From NCBI GenBank assembly GCA_004764695.1, contig SMSO01000014.1, positions 5,156,845 through 5,220,844 on the forward strand: a DNA stretch of 64,000 bases. Direction: 5' to 3'. Under the pieces are notes generated by a model, which was not told the DNA's origin, searched no databases, and was given only the letters and a program-made list of their open reading frames with translations. The translations under genes were made by a program, and so were the position numbers. This document shows, one piece after another, positions 1 through 14,500 of this stretch (position 1 is its first letter; the number at the start of each line of letters is the position of its first letter). Origin of the DNA: Schizochytrium sp. TIO01 (Eukaryota > Protista > Bigyra: Labyrinthulomycetes).

Positions 1-1598
1 TCGAAACAAGGTGCGACTGCCTCTAATTCTGGGAGGCTGAGCGAGTCCTGTCTGCTGCGTCTGGCTGTCTGGACTTGTGTCTTGTGCTGCGTACAGCCGT
101 TTCCTTGAAAAGCAACGTCGGAGTGCGAGCTCTGCGCGACTCCTTTCCGTCAAATCCCGTTCGATTTGGATTTGCTGCCTTCTTCTTTCTGCTCAGGCCT
201 TGTCCTTCTGCCAACAATACACGATTCACTAACAACTCGCTTTTCAAAAGTGCTAGGTATTTCAAAACATGTATGAATGAATATATCATATATATATATA
301 CATATCATTTGAAAACACCTCTTTTCGAAACAATCCCCAACTAACAAACACCGCTAGCGCATGCCTACCCTAAAACCTAAGGGGTCAGGTTCCTGGTAGA
401 AACAGGTGCCAAAACAAAGAGAGTGAGGACGAGAAAAATCCAAATTTCTTTTTTCTTTTTTACTTTCTCCATTCGAATACTTTTAAAACACTTTTAAAAA
501 AAATTAAAAAATTAAAATAAATAAAAAGACCTTCTGATGTTTTATGAAAATGAAAATAATAAACTAACGAATTAAATAAATAGCTTACTTAAAATGAAAC
601 AGCAAAAATAGGCATGAAAATGACATTAATTAATTTTTCGTCAACCCCAGAAGCAGCGATTAGAGCAACACGTACATAGTATAGGCGCCAATGACGACGC
701 AGCGCCGGATCCCGAGGATGGAATGGGTACGCAGATCCTCCTCCACTGCCGCCTCGGCCTGTCTCTCCTCCGCCTGAGTGGAGAGATCTCCAGCAGCAGC
801 GGCGCTCCTCAGCCATGTCAGAGCAGTTTCGGGAAGGCGATCGATCGATCCCCCTTGTCCAAATGCTGCTGCTCTTTTCACAAACAAACAAACCAAAAAC
901 AAACAAACACATTTTATTATTCTTTTCACAAGTAGAAAGATACCAATAAAGTTCAAAATTCAAAATTCAAAATTCAAAAATTCAAAACTTCAAAACTCAA
1001 CAAATAAAAATTCAAAAACTCAAAATTCAAAGCTCAACAAACAGAAACAACTACAATTCAAAAACACACCTCATTCGAAGCTTCAACTGGAAAAAGAAAC
1101 AGAAGAAGAGACAAAGCACATACATCATTTGCTCCTTCATTCCTCTATGCATACATATGAATCAATCGACACTGGGCTCGCTCTTATCAGGCGCTGCTTG
1201 TGCTCGTGTTCTCTGCGCGGCGTCATCACGAAGAGCGGTCGCCTGCTCGCTCGCTAGCTAGCTAGCTACTCGCTGGTTGGTTGGCTGGCGGGCTGGCTAC
1301 AGGCTGGCTACAGGCTGCTGCCGCGTCCACTCGAGTCGGGCCGCGTCAAGGAGCGAGCTGTGGCTTGGCCGCCTTCAGGTTCTCAGGCGGCAGACGTCTT
1401 CTGCGCCCAAACTACGCAAGCACCGCCTTCGATGACGATGGGTTCCTTTCTGCTCTTTCTTCTCTCTCAAGATTTACTTATTATTCTGTTTATTTAGTTT
1501 GTGGTTTATTTCGTTTACTTTATGTTTGATTGAGAAAGAAGAGTGTTTTTAGTTTCTGGAGTAAAAACCCGCTGTGGCTTTGAAGAAGACAAGACATT

Positions 1599-1722
1599 CA
1601 TTGCATTGCATTGCATTGCATTGCATTGCATTGCATTGCATTGCTGTCGTCGTCGCCGCCGCATGGCTTGGCTTGGCTTGGCTTGGCTTGGCTTGGCTTG
1701 GCTTGGCTTGGCTTGGCTTGGC
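1599..1722. repeat. Adjacent pentanucleotide microsatellites (ATTGC)n and (TGGCT)n
   Basis: About 9 copies of ttgca at 1599-1644 and about 12 copies of ggctt at 1664-1722, read directly. Confidence 0.95.
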
Positions 1723-3818
1723 CTGGCTCCGCTCCAAAAAGATTGGGTGTGTCATGAATCAGCCAATTCTCTGTCAAAATCGCCAACAGAGCCTTCGTGC
1801 TAGTTAGGAACCTGCATTTCGCACAATGAATGCGTGGCACACACAGACGGAGGGAGATCCATGCACGATGATGGGAAAGAAGTACAGCGATTCATGGATA
1901 GATTGATAGATTGATAGATTGATAGATAGATAGATAGATACTGCAGATCGTCGCTTCGCTTCAACGATGAGATGGATGAGCGGATGGCTGGATAAATGCA
2001 ATCTCTGACGCCGTGCCGCTCGCGAGAAGCAAATCTTTCTCAGTCGCTGCTGCTGCTTAACCTCGAGGACAGACGCGACGAGCGAGTTCTTTCTAATCCA
2101 ATCCAAACGAGAATCTGAGCCGTCTGCGTGGGACGGCTTTTACGGCCAATCCTCCTGCTATGGACGGGCCCGGACCCGCGAAGGAGGGCGCTGCTCTCTT
2201 GGTCCATTGCGCGATACTAATTAATAAATAACACCTTTCTGCGGCACCTCGGTGTCATTCAGGTGTCTGCCATATCTCTTTCATGCATCCATGCATCCAT
2301 GCACACATGGTCTCTCTCCTCTCCTCTCCTCTCCTCTCCAGAGAAGAGAAGAGAGAAGAGGCCTCGTCTTCTTCGCGGCACCGCCTCAGAGCCCTCCCTG
2401 CAAACCAAAGTGCGGCCGTACGACGATGATGCGGCTCAGACCTCTGATGACGCAGGCGGCCGCTGTTCCATCCTTCAGCAGACTGGCTCAGTTAGATAGT
2501 TCGTTAGTTAGTTCTTTCTCCTTCTCTTCTCTTTCTCTTTCTCTTTCTCTCTCTCGCTCTCTGCGCACAGTGGTGGGCGACGAGCAGCAGTAGCAGCAGC
2601 GCAGGGATTTTGAGGATCGAAGGGGGTTAAGCTTTTTGAGCTTGAAAGAAGAAAGAAGGAGAAGAAGATACGGGTGCTGGGACTTTTTCTTTTGTTTCAT
2701 TTCTTTCACCTTTTTATCTTCTTTGTTTAAACTTTTTCTTTTTCTTTTTTATTTAAAATTGAAGTATTGGTTGAATCTGTCTGTCTGTCTGCCGTCGATG
2801 GTTGTGGTTCGCAAAGCCGCCTGGTTCTGGAGTGAGTGCGTTGCCTTACGTGGACTATGATGATGCATCATGGGTGGTGAAAGTGAGGGATTCGTAGTCA
2901 TTCTTTCGTCTCTTTAAACGTTTGTTTACCTATTCTTAAATAAACTAAACATACTTAATTAATTAATTGTAATTTAAAAGCGTGTCCACCGCGTTGGAGA
3001 ATCTGTAACAGCTTTCTTTTTTATATTTGAAAGGAAAGACGAATAAGAGCACATAGTGCCCCGATATTCGGAACTAAGATATTTTTTTTATTATTTTTCA
3101 ATAAATTAATGCTGATGTTTGAAACTAATGCATCCTGAAAGTAACAAATAATAAAATAAAACTGTTTTTTGAAAGAAGGAACAAAACGATCTTTCTCTCG
3201 GGATTCCTCTGCCTTAGGCCAGTAGATAGGTACCCACTAGCAAAACCAGGTACCTGCAGCACAACGCACACTCTTCATTATACCGCTGCCATCACGATCA
3301 TGGCGCCTTCGGTACTCGTGACGAGAGCGAACTTTCTGCTCCCAACAACGTACAGGCAGGCACTCTCAGCTACCTCTACCTCGGCCGACCAAGCTCTCGC
3401 GAGCGCCTTTCGCTTCTTCTTTCTGTCTTCAAGTCTATCAGCGCTCTTGCTTCTTCGACTACAAACCAGCGCCTCCTCCTTCAGCCTAAAGACAGCTCCC
3501 TTTTGTCCTATCGAAAGCTTCCTAGTGGAGACCCCTCTGCAGCAGACCCCACGCGAGGGGCACTCCTTCCATGCGTCCCTATTGCTATATTTAAAGGTAG
3601 ATGGACCCTATGAAGACGTCATAAGCTGCTCCGGTATCGTCTTGCGCACAAAGCCTTGCGTCAGCGGACACATCGACCCCGCATTCTGTGGAGTATTCGC
3701 TATTAAGGAGAACTAGGGGCGGCGCAGGAGAGGCGGTGGCACTAGCAGTTGGATAGCAGCAGCAGCTAGGCAACTCAAAGGATAAAAATGTAGTTTGAGT
3801 TCTCTGATAGTGAATGAC

Positions 3819-3911
<93 letters not shown>
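3819..3911. repeat. (GATT)n tetranucleotide microsatellite
   Basis: Uninterrupted gatt array. Confidence 0.95.
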
Positions 3912-3915
<4 letters not shown>

Positions 3916-5370
3916 AAGTATATTTAAACTTGGGATGGCACAAGCTACTGCTACAGTTCGACTCGTGAAAATGTATTTAATTTGTTTTTAAATCTTATTT
4001 TAAAGTTCAAGTTATTATTATTATATATTTATTTTTAATTTAAAAAAAAAAAAAAATAAAAAACCAATAAAGAAGAAGCTAAAGAATGACGAAAGACGCA
4101 TGACCGAATGTAGAAAGATGAGCAGCAGAAGGAAGATGGAGAAAGAGGCCTCTGCACAATAACACGATAACAATTTCGCCTAGCTTGCACCTGGCTGGCT
4201 GATTGGCTGGTCATTTGGCTGGCAAGAACATCTCCGGTCAGGACTCACTCAGACTCAGATGACGAGCCTCCGGCCGAGCGAAGTCCTGATTCTGTTGATC
4301 CCGAGACCGCCTTTGCATCAGTGGCGTTGTTTTTCTCCGGTTCGCAGCTGTTTGTTTCCCTTCTTCTCAAATTCTCCTCGTTTGCTTTTTTAGTATTAAA
4401 ATGTAGAATAAAAACTTTTGAACAGTCTGAGCTTTTCATCAACAAAACAAATCAAAAACAGCATGTTTTTCTCCCGCTTCTCCTCGATTTAGAGGGATTC
4501 AAGATCGAGGCCCCTCTGCCGCTCTTTCTTCTGCAGTAGGTCGGTCTTACTTACCCAGCATTAGCAAAAGTGTTGCTCACCAACAGTTCGTTCCTTCGTT
4601 CTTTCTCTGCGCGGGAGTGACTAATCGAGACACGCGAACATATGCATACGTATCTATCTCTCTATGCAGGCACGAGTTAAAATCTTTTATACGTCGCCGT
4701 GGGTAAAAAAAATAAATAAAATAATAATAAAAATACTCAGGCCAAAGCAGTCGCTCCGTAGTGGGCACTCCTGACACCGGGTTTGCCAGGTACTGCTGCT
4801 TACGGGGCTGGAGCGGGCCCCTCCGTCGCCGCTTCCCGCTCCTCAGCATGGCTAGACCTCGCTCACGGGGCGTTGTTGTCTCTACCAAGAACGCCCCAAA
4901 GTAAGCAGAGCTCTTAACCATGACTTTGAAAACCCCAAGAGCGAATGAAGGACAGGTTTATCTTTCTTCGAGTTCTTTATTGCTTTTATACCATAAAATA
5001 AATATTTATGTACTATATTATGATATGATATAACACAACACGACACAACAGAACATAACATCACATGACATGACATGACATGACATATAACATAATATGC
5101 GCTCTCCGGGGCATTTGAAAGTAAGTAACAATTTATTTTTTGATCTCCCTTTTAATCTTTTTAAAAGCTAAACTAAAAGATCCATCACTGACTTTGGAGT
5201 AGATGCTACCTAGAGCCTACTACGGAGGGGAAAGAGCGACTGCGTCAGCAATGTGGGCTCTCACGTCATACGAGCAATACACGGAACAGTGGGATGATGT
5301 CATCGAGGAAATGTCCTGCCCTCATCTCGTGCTCCAGACTCTCTGACCGCTGGCTCAGCCAGCCAGCCAG

Positions 5371-5401
<31 letters not shown>

Positions 5402-7594
5402 GGCCACAGCGGCGCCTCGCGAGGGACCGCTGGGAAGGCGCCCACGGGCCCTGCGCGTCTGCGAGGCGGCCGCAGAGGAGCGAGGCAGAAGGCGCTCGCT
5501 TCTCCGTAAGCTCTGGCGCCCTTTTCCTTTCCTTATCTGGCGAGATTCTGCCCTGCCCAGGCTTATAGTAAGCGGTAGTCGCGCCGGCCTAGCGTGCGCA
5601 CCCCTAGGGCCAGATAGAGGAAACGCCCTCTGCGTAGGCAGTCCCTCTCGGGCGCGAGAATTGTATCTTCTCTTCTTTATCTTCTCTTCTCTTTCTCTTC
5701 TCTTCTCTTCTCTTCTCTTCTCTTCTCTTCTCTCTCTGTGGTAAAGAAAGCAGAGAGACGCATGAAAAGTTGAAAGCAAGCTTGGAATGGGAAAAGAAGA
5801 ACTTGAATTGAATGCGCAGGGCAGCGAGTTGAGTAGGAGTGCGCTTTTCCGGCGGCGGTCGCGGTTTTGCTTCTTTCAAGAGCAGCGAGCGCCTCTGAGT
5901 CTGCGGACTTGCGCTCTTCGTCTGTCTTCACGGGCGACCGTTTGTTGTGCTGTGCTGTGCTGTGCTGTGCTGTGCCACGGAGTTCTTTCGAAGAAGAGGG
6001 CGTAGTATGGGTCCTCTCTCGAGCGAGTTCGACTTTCTCTGCTTGCTTTTCAAGTGTTCTCGCGATTCTTTCTCTCATGATCGTGAGAGATAAAACGCCG
6101 ACAGCTCTGAAAAGTGGACCGCTCCGCGGGATAAGTGGAACGCTCCTTCTTCTTCTTCTTTTCTTTTTTTAGCTCTTCTTTTTAGCTCTTCTTCTTCTTG
6201 GCTGGAAACTCGAACTAGCCGCGCCTGGGCCGCGAACATCAGGCCCTCGTGTGGAGATGGGGGCGTTTCTTGGTGCAGCCAAATCGCAACTGCTCGACAG
6301 CACGAGGTATCAGTTCCAGGCGGTTGTAGTAATGTGGTTTGTCAGTTTTAGTCGAATTTTCATTCTTTCAAGTTTATTTGGGGTCTTAAAAGAAACTTTA
6401 TTTATTTTTTAAATATTGAAAACCCTTTAAAGGCTTTTATTTTTCCTTTTGAAACTCGTCGTGAAGATCTACGTGCCATTTCCAAAGAGGCGACAGACAG
6501 AATCGCTGTCAAAGCTGCGAATGGTACGCACGGAATCTCGGATCGCGCTCGACACCGTTATCAGAGTTGGCCGCGGGAGCATTGCCCAAACTACAAGCGC
6601 AAATTAAACCGCCTTGAGGGCAACGCTGAGTTTCTCAAGATGCAATCGAATTCAAACCAACGCGAGGCTTGGCATTTCAAAAAAAGATATGATGGAAAGG
6701 CTTTCTCCGCTTTCTGGATCGCTTCCTCTGCCTGCAGTGTCAATCCTAAGTTGACGTAGTAGGCATGTTCATCGATCTTCTTTTTTCTTTCTTTTTACAG
6801 TAAAGTGAACCAACCTAGGTACTACGTAAGCTTGAAGCTACAGCTTGGTCTGACCCGAGAGCCTCCGGAACCGCTCTTAGAGTTAGATGGCTCCGCAATG
6901 CACGGATACTAATACCCGAGGCTCAATCAGAAGAAAGCAATAACACTTAGATACCTGCGTGCCTATGGATTCTCGCGTAGTCAGCGCTTTTGGAATTTCT
7001 TCTTCTGAGTAACTACTACGCAGCGCAAAAGCTCTCTTACGACTCTCTGGAGCCCTTCGACCGTGAGCTTATGAGGTAGTGCAGAGGTACCTAAGTTACA
7101 CTAGACCGCTTCCATCATTATCGTCATCGGGTCTCCTCTTGGTCTGTGTTTGTTTGTTTGTTTGTTTGTTTGTTTGTTTGTTTGTTAATTAGTCTTTTTG
7201 TTTGTCTTTTAAGGGTGGTAGAAAACGCAAAGATAGCATCCTAAGTCGGGTGACGCCGCGCGTGCTCTCAGACAACCCGTACAGCGTCTTTGGCTCGCAC
7301 GCCAGATACCATCATAGGCTCCGAATCAAGGCCCAAAGCCATCGCAGATCTCCTCCGACAGCCAGCTCCAAGTGGGTTAGTTATCTACTGGTCGGCAGGT
7401 CTGCAGGAATGGTCTGCAGGAATCGCGGTCAAGATTACAGAGGTCCAGGATGGCGATTCTGGTCATATTCGCCCAGGGCGCGGCGAGCGATTAGATCACA
7501 GAGATAATTCTACTAGTTAGGTAGTGCATTCTTGAAGGATGGAGGGAGTGCACCATACTTTGGTTGAAATAGCAAGCAGGCAATGCAAGGAGAT

Positions 7595-7861
7595 ACAATT
7601 ACAACTCAACTCAACCAAAACTCAATTCAATCACAGTTCAATTCAATCGCAACTCAATTCAATCACAGTTCAATTCAGCCAAAAATCAATTCAATCGCAA
7701 CTCAATTCAATCACAATTCAACTCAACCAAAACTCAATTCAACCAAAACTCAATTCAATCACAACTCAATCACAATCAATTCAACTCAATCCAACTCAAT
7801 CCAATCAATTAAAATTCAAAACTCAATTCAACTCAGTTCAACTCGACTCAATTCAACTCAA
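7595..7861. repeat. Degenerate (TCAAY)n pentamer satellite with higher-order units
   Basis: Repeats of tcaat/tcaac; the blocks caactcaattcaatcaca and caaccaaaactcaattcaa recur. Confidence 0.85.
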
Positions 7862-10800
7862 CACAATAGACAGCTCGCAGGACTACTCTGGTTCGCAGAA
7901 CTAGGCTTGATCGATGGCTCTTTCGATCTCAAGCATGCCGCTCTCTTTCTTCCTCTGTCGGCCAAGACTGACCACGCAGCGATAACGCGGAGGCTAACTT
8001 GGGCCTTATCGGACTTATTAGCACGTCGGCGTCATCACCCGCCTGGTACTGCAGTTTGTCAGACTTGTTTTAGTAGTTCAAGTTGAAAAGATCTCTTGCT
8101 TTTTGTTTTGCTGTTCACTTTATGTTTTACCTTTTCCGGACTTTCGTCATCGCTCACGTCTCCGCTTTGAAAACAGCCCGAGCTAACTAAGAAGAAAAGG
8201 GAGAAAAAAAGATCTTGCTACGTGTATCCATCAGTGGCCATGGCTGTCGAGCTCTCTGAGGGTACCCCGAAGCCAAACGAGAGCGGGGACGGGAGATGGA
8301 AGATACTGCTCTGCTCTCGGGGCTCCAAGTCTTGACAGGTTTCCGCTTTCAACGGCGATGAAAATCGCAATCTTTCGAGGATCCCTCAGACCTGACTGTC
8401 GCGGATTCAATTCCAGCTCCAACTATCAAAACTTTAATTTAAAAAATTAGAAAAACTTGCTTCTCATCTCCTTTTATTGGAAAAAAAAAAAAAATTAAAA
8501 AAAAATTAAAAACCCGCAATGCAAAAACAACTTCGATGCGAAGTCTCTTCTAAAATCAAAATGCAAAAAGATAACCACAAATCGTCATACATACATAGAT
8601 AGATAGTTAGATAGATACATAGCACTCCGTCCGCTGCGCCTACGCAGAGCTGTCGATTCGCCGCCTGGCAGCTAGCACCTCTCTAGCCAGTTCGCTAGAG
8701 AGGCCGCGACTCCTCTGTGACCGCATCAACGACGGCAGCAGGCCCAAAGGTGATGATGCGGTCGAGGATGCCGATGATGCAATCCTTCAAAAGGCTGAAC
8801 ATGGCGATGATGTAATTCTTTTTCGCAGAAAGCAAGCAAAACACGACTGTACTTTTTTAAATTAAATCAAAATATATGAAGAAGAGAAGCTCAGTTTTCA
8901 CCTATCAACTTTTTATTGTTATTTTAAGATGTCTATAGGTAAAACACTTTGAGCTATTGTATAATAAAAAGAAGAGAACAAAGATTAAATGATAAGATAC
9001 AGAGATTGACGTAGTACCAGCTACGTAGGAGTAGCACGCACTTTCATGTTTAACGGGATTTTGAGAATACAAAAAAGGCTTGTAAACGCCGCGTCGTTCG
9101 GAGCCGCCCGCGAGCAGGAGCGAAGGCCGTGTCTCCAGAGCTCCTTGGAGGGGTCCTCTCCAGGGCCCCAACGGCGTCAGCAGCGATGAGGTCAATCATA
9201 GAGCCCCGCTGGAAAAATGAAACTCGGAGAGAACTTGGCGCCCTTCTGCCATGCCGGCCGTCTCAGTGGGAGCTTTTTCGATTTTAATTTTAATTTATAA
9301 AATATAGAAATTAATGGATGAAAGAGAGTGAATGGACCACAGCTTTTTAATCCTTGATTTTTTGCCTTTTTTGCTAAAGAAGAAAGAAAAACTTCTGGTG
9401 ATTAGCAAAAGAAAGGTCGCAGTAGATAGCACTCACTGCTTTGGGAAAAGGCAGACAAGCTGGCAGAGTAGGTGCCTGGATAGTGAGATTGCCACTTAGT
9501 GGATGCCTGCCGCCACGACCCTCTCGAGAGGCCTGCGTGGAGAGGATGAGGACTTTGAAAGAGCACGGGGCGTGGATTTCTTTCATGAAGGAGTGTATGA
9601 AAGAAAACTCAGGTTGGAGGCTGAAGAAGCTATGAGCTGAGCTGTCCACGAAGACATGGAAAATCGGGCGCTAACGTGCGGCGGCGGAAGATCGATCGAC
9701 CATGTGGTCACTGGAAGGGAAGTTGGCACATTTGTTCCTTCCTTCCTTCCTTTCAAAAGAGAAGAGATGCCGCTGTGCTGGTGAACACACCTTCAAAATT
9801 AGGCACTTTGCACCTTTGGAAAAGGGCTCATCTTCAACAACACAGGGCACCTCCAACAACAATAGTGGGAAACTCTAACCTGCCTTTGGAATAGCAGCTA
9901 CTACCTAACGCTTGCAAAGGTTCTCGGGAGGTAGGTGTATGGCAGTTGAGGATACACTCAAGCCCAGAAGGCGCTTTGGGTTATTCTTGCTTCTCTAAAT
10001 TGCAGTTTTGCATAACCCACAAGGCGAGGAATTTGCAAACTATGCACTGTGACTATATCTGAAACTAAAACCATAGAAGAAGGAGGGAAGGAATCAAGAT
10101 GTCAAGAATGAATGAAATGTTTACGAAGAGAGATGAACAACAAGATACGAGCGCGAATAATGTAAACCTTCCACGCTTCAATTTTACAGGTATGTATAGG
10201 GGACATTCTTTGCTTCCCTCTAAATAGAACTACTTGTTAAATAATAGCAACCGCTCAACTGCCCTTCCTGTGGCCTGTTCCCTTCTTATCATATCTATAT
10301 GATGACATACCAAGATATTTATATATTTACTTGGAATGATGCCTTTACGTCTCCAAAAGAAAAAAAAAAACTTGCAAGGACATCATTTGAACCGTCAGAA
10401 ATAAAGAATTGGGAATTCATTTTCGTACATATTCTTCCTGATCAAAATCTAAGAGTCGGACTATTTGGCGTACGCCATCTCCCTTGTTGAAAGCCCATGC
10501 TTCTTGATTCACAACCACAGTTTTCTTACATGTACATGCAGCAACGCTGTCAAACAAGAAGTACAATATGGACTACTTCGTTGGCTAATAACGCGGTACG
10601 GTGGTATCGTTGGTCACACTTGAGTCGCCATGTTTAACACTATCAAAGGCGAGGTGAGACTATACTCTAAAAGAATTTGGGGTATATCAAGTTCTCAAAT
10701 CGTGAACTCGTCCGGGAAAGATTTAGTTCGATCTTTCCGATGATTGCAACCCCCAGGCTGACAGACAGTCGGTCTCCTTTCCAGACAAATCTCGTATACT

Positions 10801-11471
10801 TATGCAAAAGCCCTGTGCATCTCCGGGTTCATAGCCTTGGGACAGCGCATTTGCAAGACTACTGGAGATGCGTCTCATCTTCTTCTTCTTCTTCTTCGCT
10901 TTCAAGCCACGATGTACCCTAAAGGTTTTAATTATAAAGTTATATCTTATTTATTGTTTTAAATTTAATTTTTATAAAAATAGAAAATAAAAACATTTTT
11001 TAAAAAATCGAGAATCTTTTCTTAGGTCCTCCTCCTCTAACCAGGGAAAGAAGAACCAACAGGAAAGACGACCCCGAACGAAGCACGAACCGACGCAAAA
11101 TGCACCTCAGCCCCGGCTCTTCCGAGGAGGCCTGCGGATTCAAGACCCGCAGACCGAGGAGTCTCCGGGCCCTCTATCTGCGGAAGCGCGTCGTATTGTT
11201 GGTTCCCTGTCCCGGAGTGGCGGCGGCTTTTTCGATTTCAAGATTAGTTCGGAAAAGCGACGAAGTAGAAGCTGACGATTTAAAGAAACAAAGAATAAAG
11301 CAATAAACAAACAAATAAACAAAAAAAAATAAACAAACAAAATGCTGACGCGTGCTCGTTCGGATCCAAGAATCATCGGCATATCATGTTCGCGGGCGAC
11401 CTCGCTGACGTAAGACGCCAGGACATTGGAAAGGGACAGAAAGACTCGAAACTGTTCAGGTCAAAGCGGCT

Positions 11472-11538
11472 TCAAGCTCAAGCTCAAGCTCAAGCTCGAG
11501 TTCAAGTTCGAGTTCGAGTTCGAGTTCGAGTTCGAGTC
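11472..11538. repeat. Hexamer tandem repeat grading from TCAAGC to TCGAGT
   Basis: tcaagc x4, then tcgagt, tcaagt, then tcgagt repeated. Confidence 0.85.
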
Positions 11539-14500
11539 AATGCCGCTGTTGGCTTTTGGAGCGCGGACGCAATCCTGAGCTCGCGCCAAGCTCCAGAATC
11601 GTCGCCATGAGCGATGGTTACTTCGTTGGCCTCGTGTTTGTTGCTGAAAGGCGTGAAGATAATTAGGATATATATTTTGAAAGGCTCGCCTGCGATCCGC
11701 CTATTCGTTGAGATTCTTCTCCTGCTTTGCTTCGAGCCCAGAGCGCTCCGGCGCCAGGGCAGAGGAAGCTCGCAGCGACAGCCCTTGAGCTCGAGCTGCA
11801 GCCACGCCCGCCCATCGCCTTCGATCGAAAGGCGCCTCGACAGGCTCCGAGGTCCTCTTCGTTTCTCTCTTTCACCGCTTCGAGGCCATAATCATAAACT
11901 TGCCTCGAAGAAGGAGGTCCTAGCGAGCCTAGGTAACGTTAGCAAGCTCGCGCGTTTCAATTCTGATAGTGATTTCCAAGATTTCCAAGATTTTAAGATC
12001 TCCAAGATCTCCAAGATTTCTGAGGTTTGGACTTGGTTTGTCCATGATGATCTGGCCGACCTGGAATCCAACTCGACGGCACAGCGGAGTCGAGGGCAGA
12101 CCCCTCGCGGCACCAGGCAACAGAGACCCCGAGAGAGTCTGAACGCGCCCGATGGCGTGGCGAGCGATCGGCACCGCAAAAGGGGCCTTGAAAGTGCGAC
12201 GTCGTTGCGTACGTCAGCGGCGCCTTCTTTCAATCGAACTGACTGAGACAGACAGACGAACGAGCGTGCGGCACCAGAGACTCCTGGTTGCGGAAGACTG
12301 GTCAGACGTAGTATGTATGTACGTGCCCACCTACCTCTACTTACTTACGTACGTAGCAGAGGCTGGCTCGTGGACCAGAGAAGCGAGGACAAAGAGGCAG
12401 TAGGTGTGCACCGCGGGGACGATGATGGATGGCAGATTTGGGCTGGTTCGACTCGAGGGTTGCCATGGCTGGCTTGGGCACGTAAGAGATTTGGGCTTGA
12501 TCAATCGAAGCAGGTGCACGGCAGACCAGGCAAGATTACGGCGTGAAGAGGTGGGAGCATACATAGCGTTAGTATTGGCTGGAAATCAAAGAAAGCTTTT
12601 AGCTGGATGAGACTTGAATTCAAGACGGAGGAGCACGATCTTTAAGCTTGAAAACAAGTACAGAAAGAGTCACGGGTTGAACAGGACGCAACCTCACTAG
12701 TCAGAGGCGACCCCTTTCAATCTTTAAACTTTGGTTTAAACCAAGCCAAGACAATTACTCGTTATCGGCGCAGGTCTTGCTGGAAATCCAGAAAACCCAA
12801 AAGCAGCAAGCCACAGAGAAGAAGCCTCCAAAGACTGGAAACGCTGATCTTTGCGGTGAAATTGACTCAATGAAACGGATCGTGTATTGGGAGCAGCCGA
12901 TAGATGCTCAAAGAACGGTACATAAAAATAAAGTTTAAAATGCCAGTCGAATTTGAAAAACCAAAGTTTCTCTCAGAGATGTTCACTAAACGACCATTAG
13001 AATACTACCCTTCCATTGCTTATAGCAATTGAGTGACTGGCCTTTTATGGGTGCTTTGTTTTATGTAGCCAATTCTGTTGTTTTGCATTTGGAGGGGTAG
13101 ATATTTCTATTTCTATGGCCACTACCGAGATTCTAGCTCTCTGTTTTCTTCAGCGGTAGTCCCTAATAATCACGCGGGCGTCCTTTCCGGCAGATGCACA
13201 GCTGCGAGCACGCTCGTGAAATGCTAAACTGATTTTTTTCGTCACCTTCCTTGCTGTACCAGACTATCGAAAATCATAAGAGTAGCGGTTGCTGCAACTA
13301 CACCCAAGCCTAAAAGGGAATACCCTCTCTAAATATACACCTGGAATCTAATCGTTTGACTATTGAAGGCCATCTTTGTCATTTGGTGTTGTGTGATGGA
13401 GCAAGCAATTCCAGCAGCACTCACGTTGACCACCGCATCCACCCTACCCTCAAAAACCCACGAATCATCGTCGTCATTACCATCGCCACTACGTGAACCT
13501 CTGCCGGCATAAACAGCGACAGTGCAGGTACCAATTCCTCAGGATCGCGCCTTGGCTGCCAACCGGAGACTTGGAGAACCCTCACAGAAACAGAACTCAT
13601 TCTGCACGAGCTGGGAACAGGGGTTGAGAGCACATTGAGAGTGCCAGTATACTCTACACTCGTAGACGCCTCCTAGCCTTCATTAGGACCTACCTACTGA
13701 CTTTGCTCCGTTTTTTCCCCTCACTTTTCTACTTTCCTCATATTTTCTTACAATGCTTTGGATAAAGTGGTCTAAAAAAGGGCCTTTCAGGAAAACCAGA
13801 GCGGCAAGCAAAAACTAACTCGCAGCGCGCCTTGCACTCTTGAGCACGCTGAGTGGAGCGCCGAAGTGAACGGCATTTACGCGCGAAGGACTTGCGGCGC
13901 TGTCTTCCGCCCGCAGATAACAGCTGTGTGCCGCAACGCGACCCGCCCCCGCCCCCTCCCGCGCTCGTGGTGAGCCAGAGTCGGTATCATCGGGCAGCAA
14001 CAACAGCTGCAGCAGCGACGACGCAGACTGCCAAAGCGACTTCGCTAGCTACTAAAAAGTGGAATAGGACAATCACCTTCCAACGCAAGTGCCCTTTCTT
14101 GCCGATAACTGTGCGGAGATATCTCGCCTAAGGCCCGGTTTTGGCGCTTCCAGGATCCTGAGAAGTTGCAGCTAGGTTTCATCTATTTTGGATGCTCCCG
14201 AATCGTCTTCTCGAACCCGTTTTCATATTGTTCTAAATAGACACTCGGGCGGCTTCTGGAAAATTCACGAACGAAAGGACCATCAAAACACGGCACAGTA
14301 ATTAGAATCACCATTTACTTGGGGGAAACTCCGTCCTCCTGGGTGTTTGAGACTTACGCACGTTTTCTGCATTTTCAGCTTTACTAGCTTTTTTGTCAAG
14401 AGGTGTGGCTACAAGCATTTTATTAGTCGAAGCTTCGATCTTGGAGATCAAGGGCTTTCTTGTGAAACTGAGTCCTATCCAGGTAGACCAAATAAGTTTT

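Noticed and set aside
7202-7520. Coding-like fragment with slight eRF1-like words (SILSRVT, PSGLVIY) and a 13-bp tandem duplication
   Set aside because: Motif spacing does not match eRF1, the words are in different frames, and there is no gene structure.
11614-12610. 210-aa ORF and neighbouring short ORFs
   Set aside because: Low-complexity content with an internal 9-bp tandem repeat; no recognisable domain or consistent splice model.
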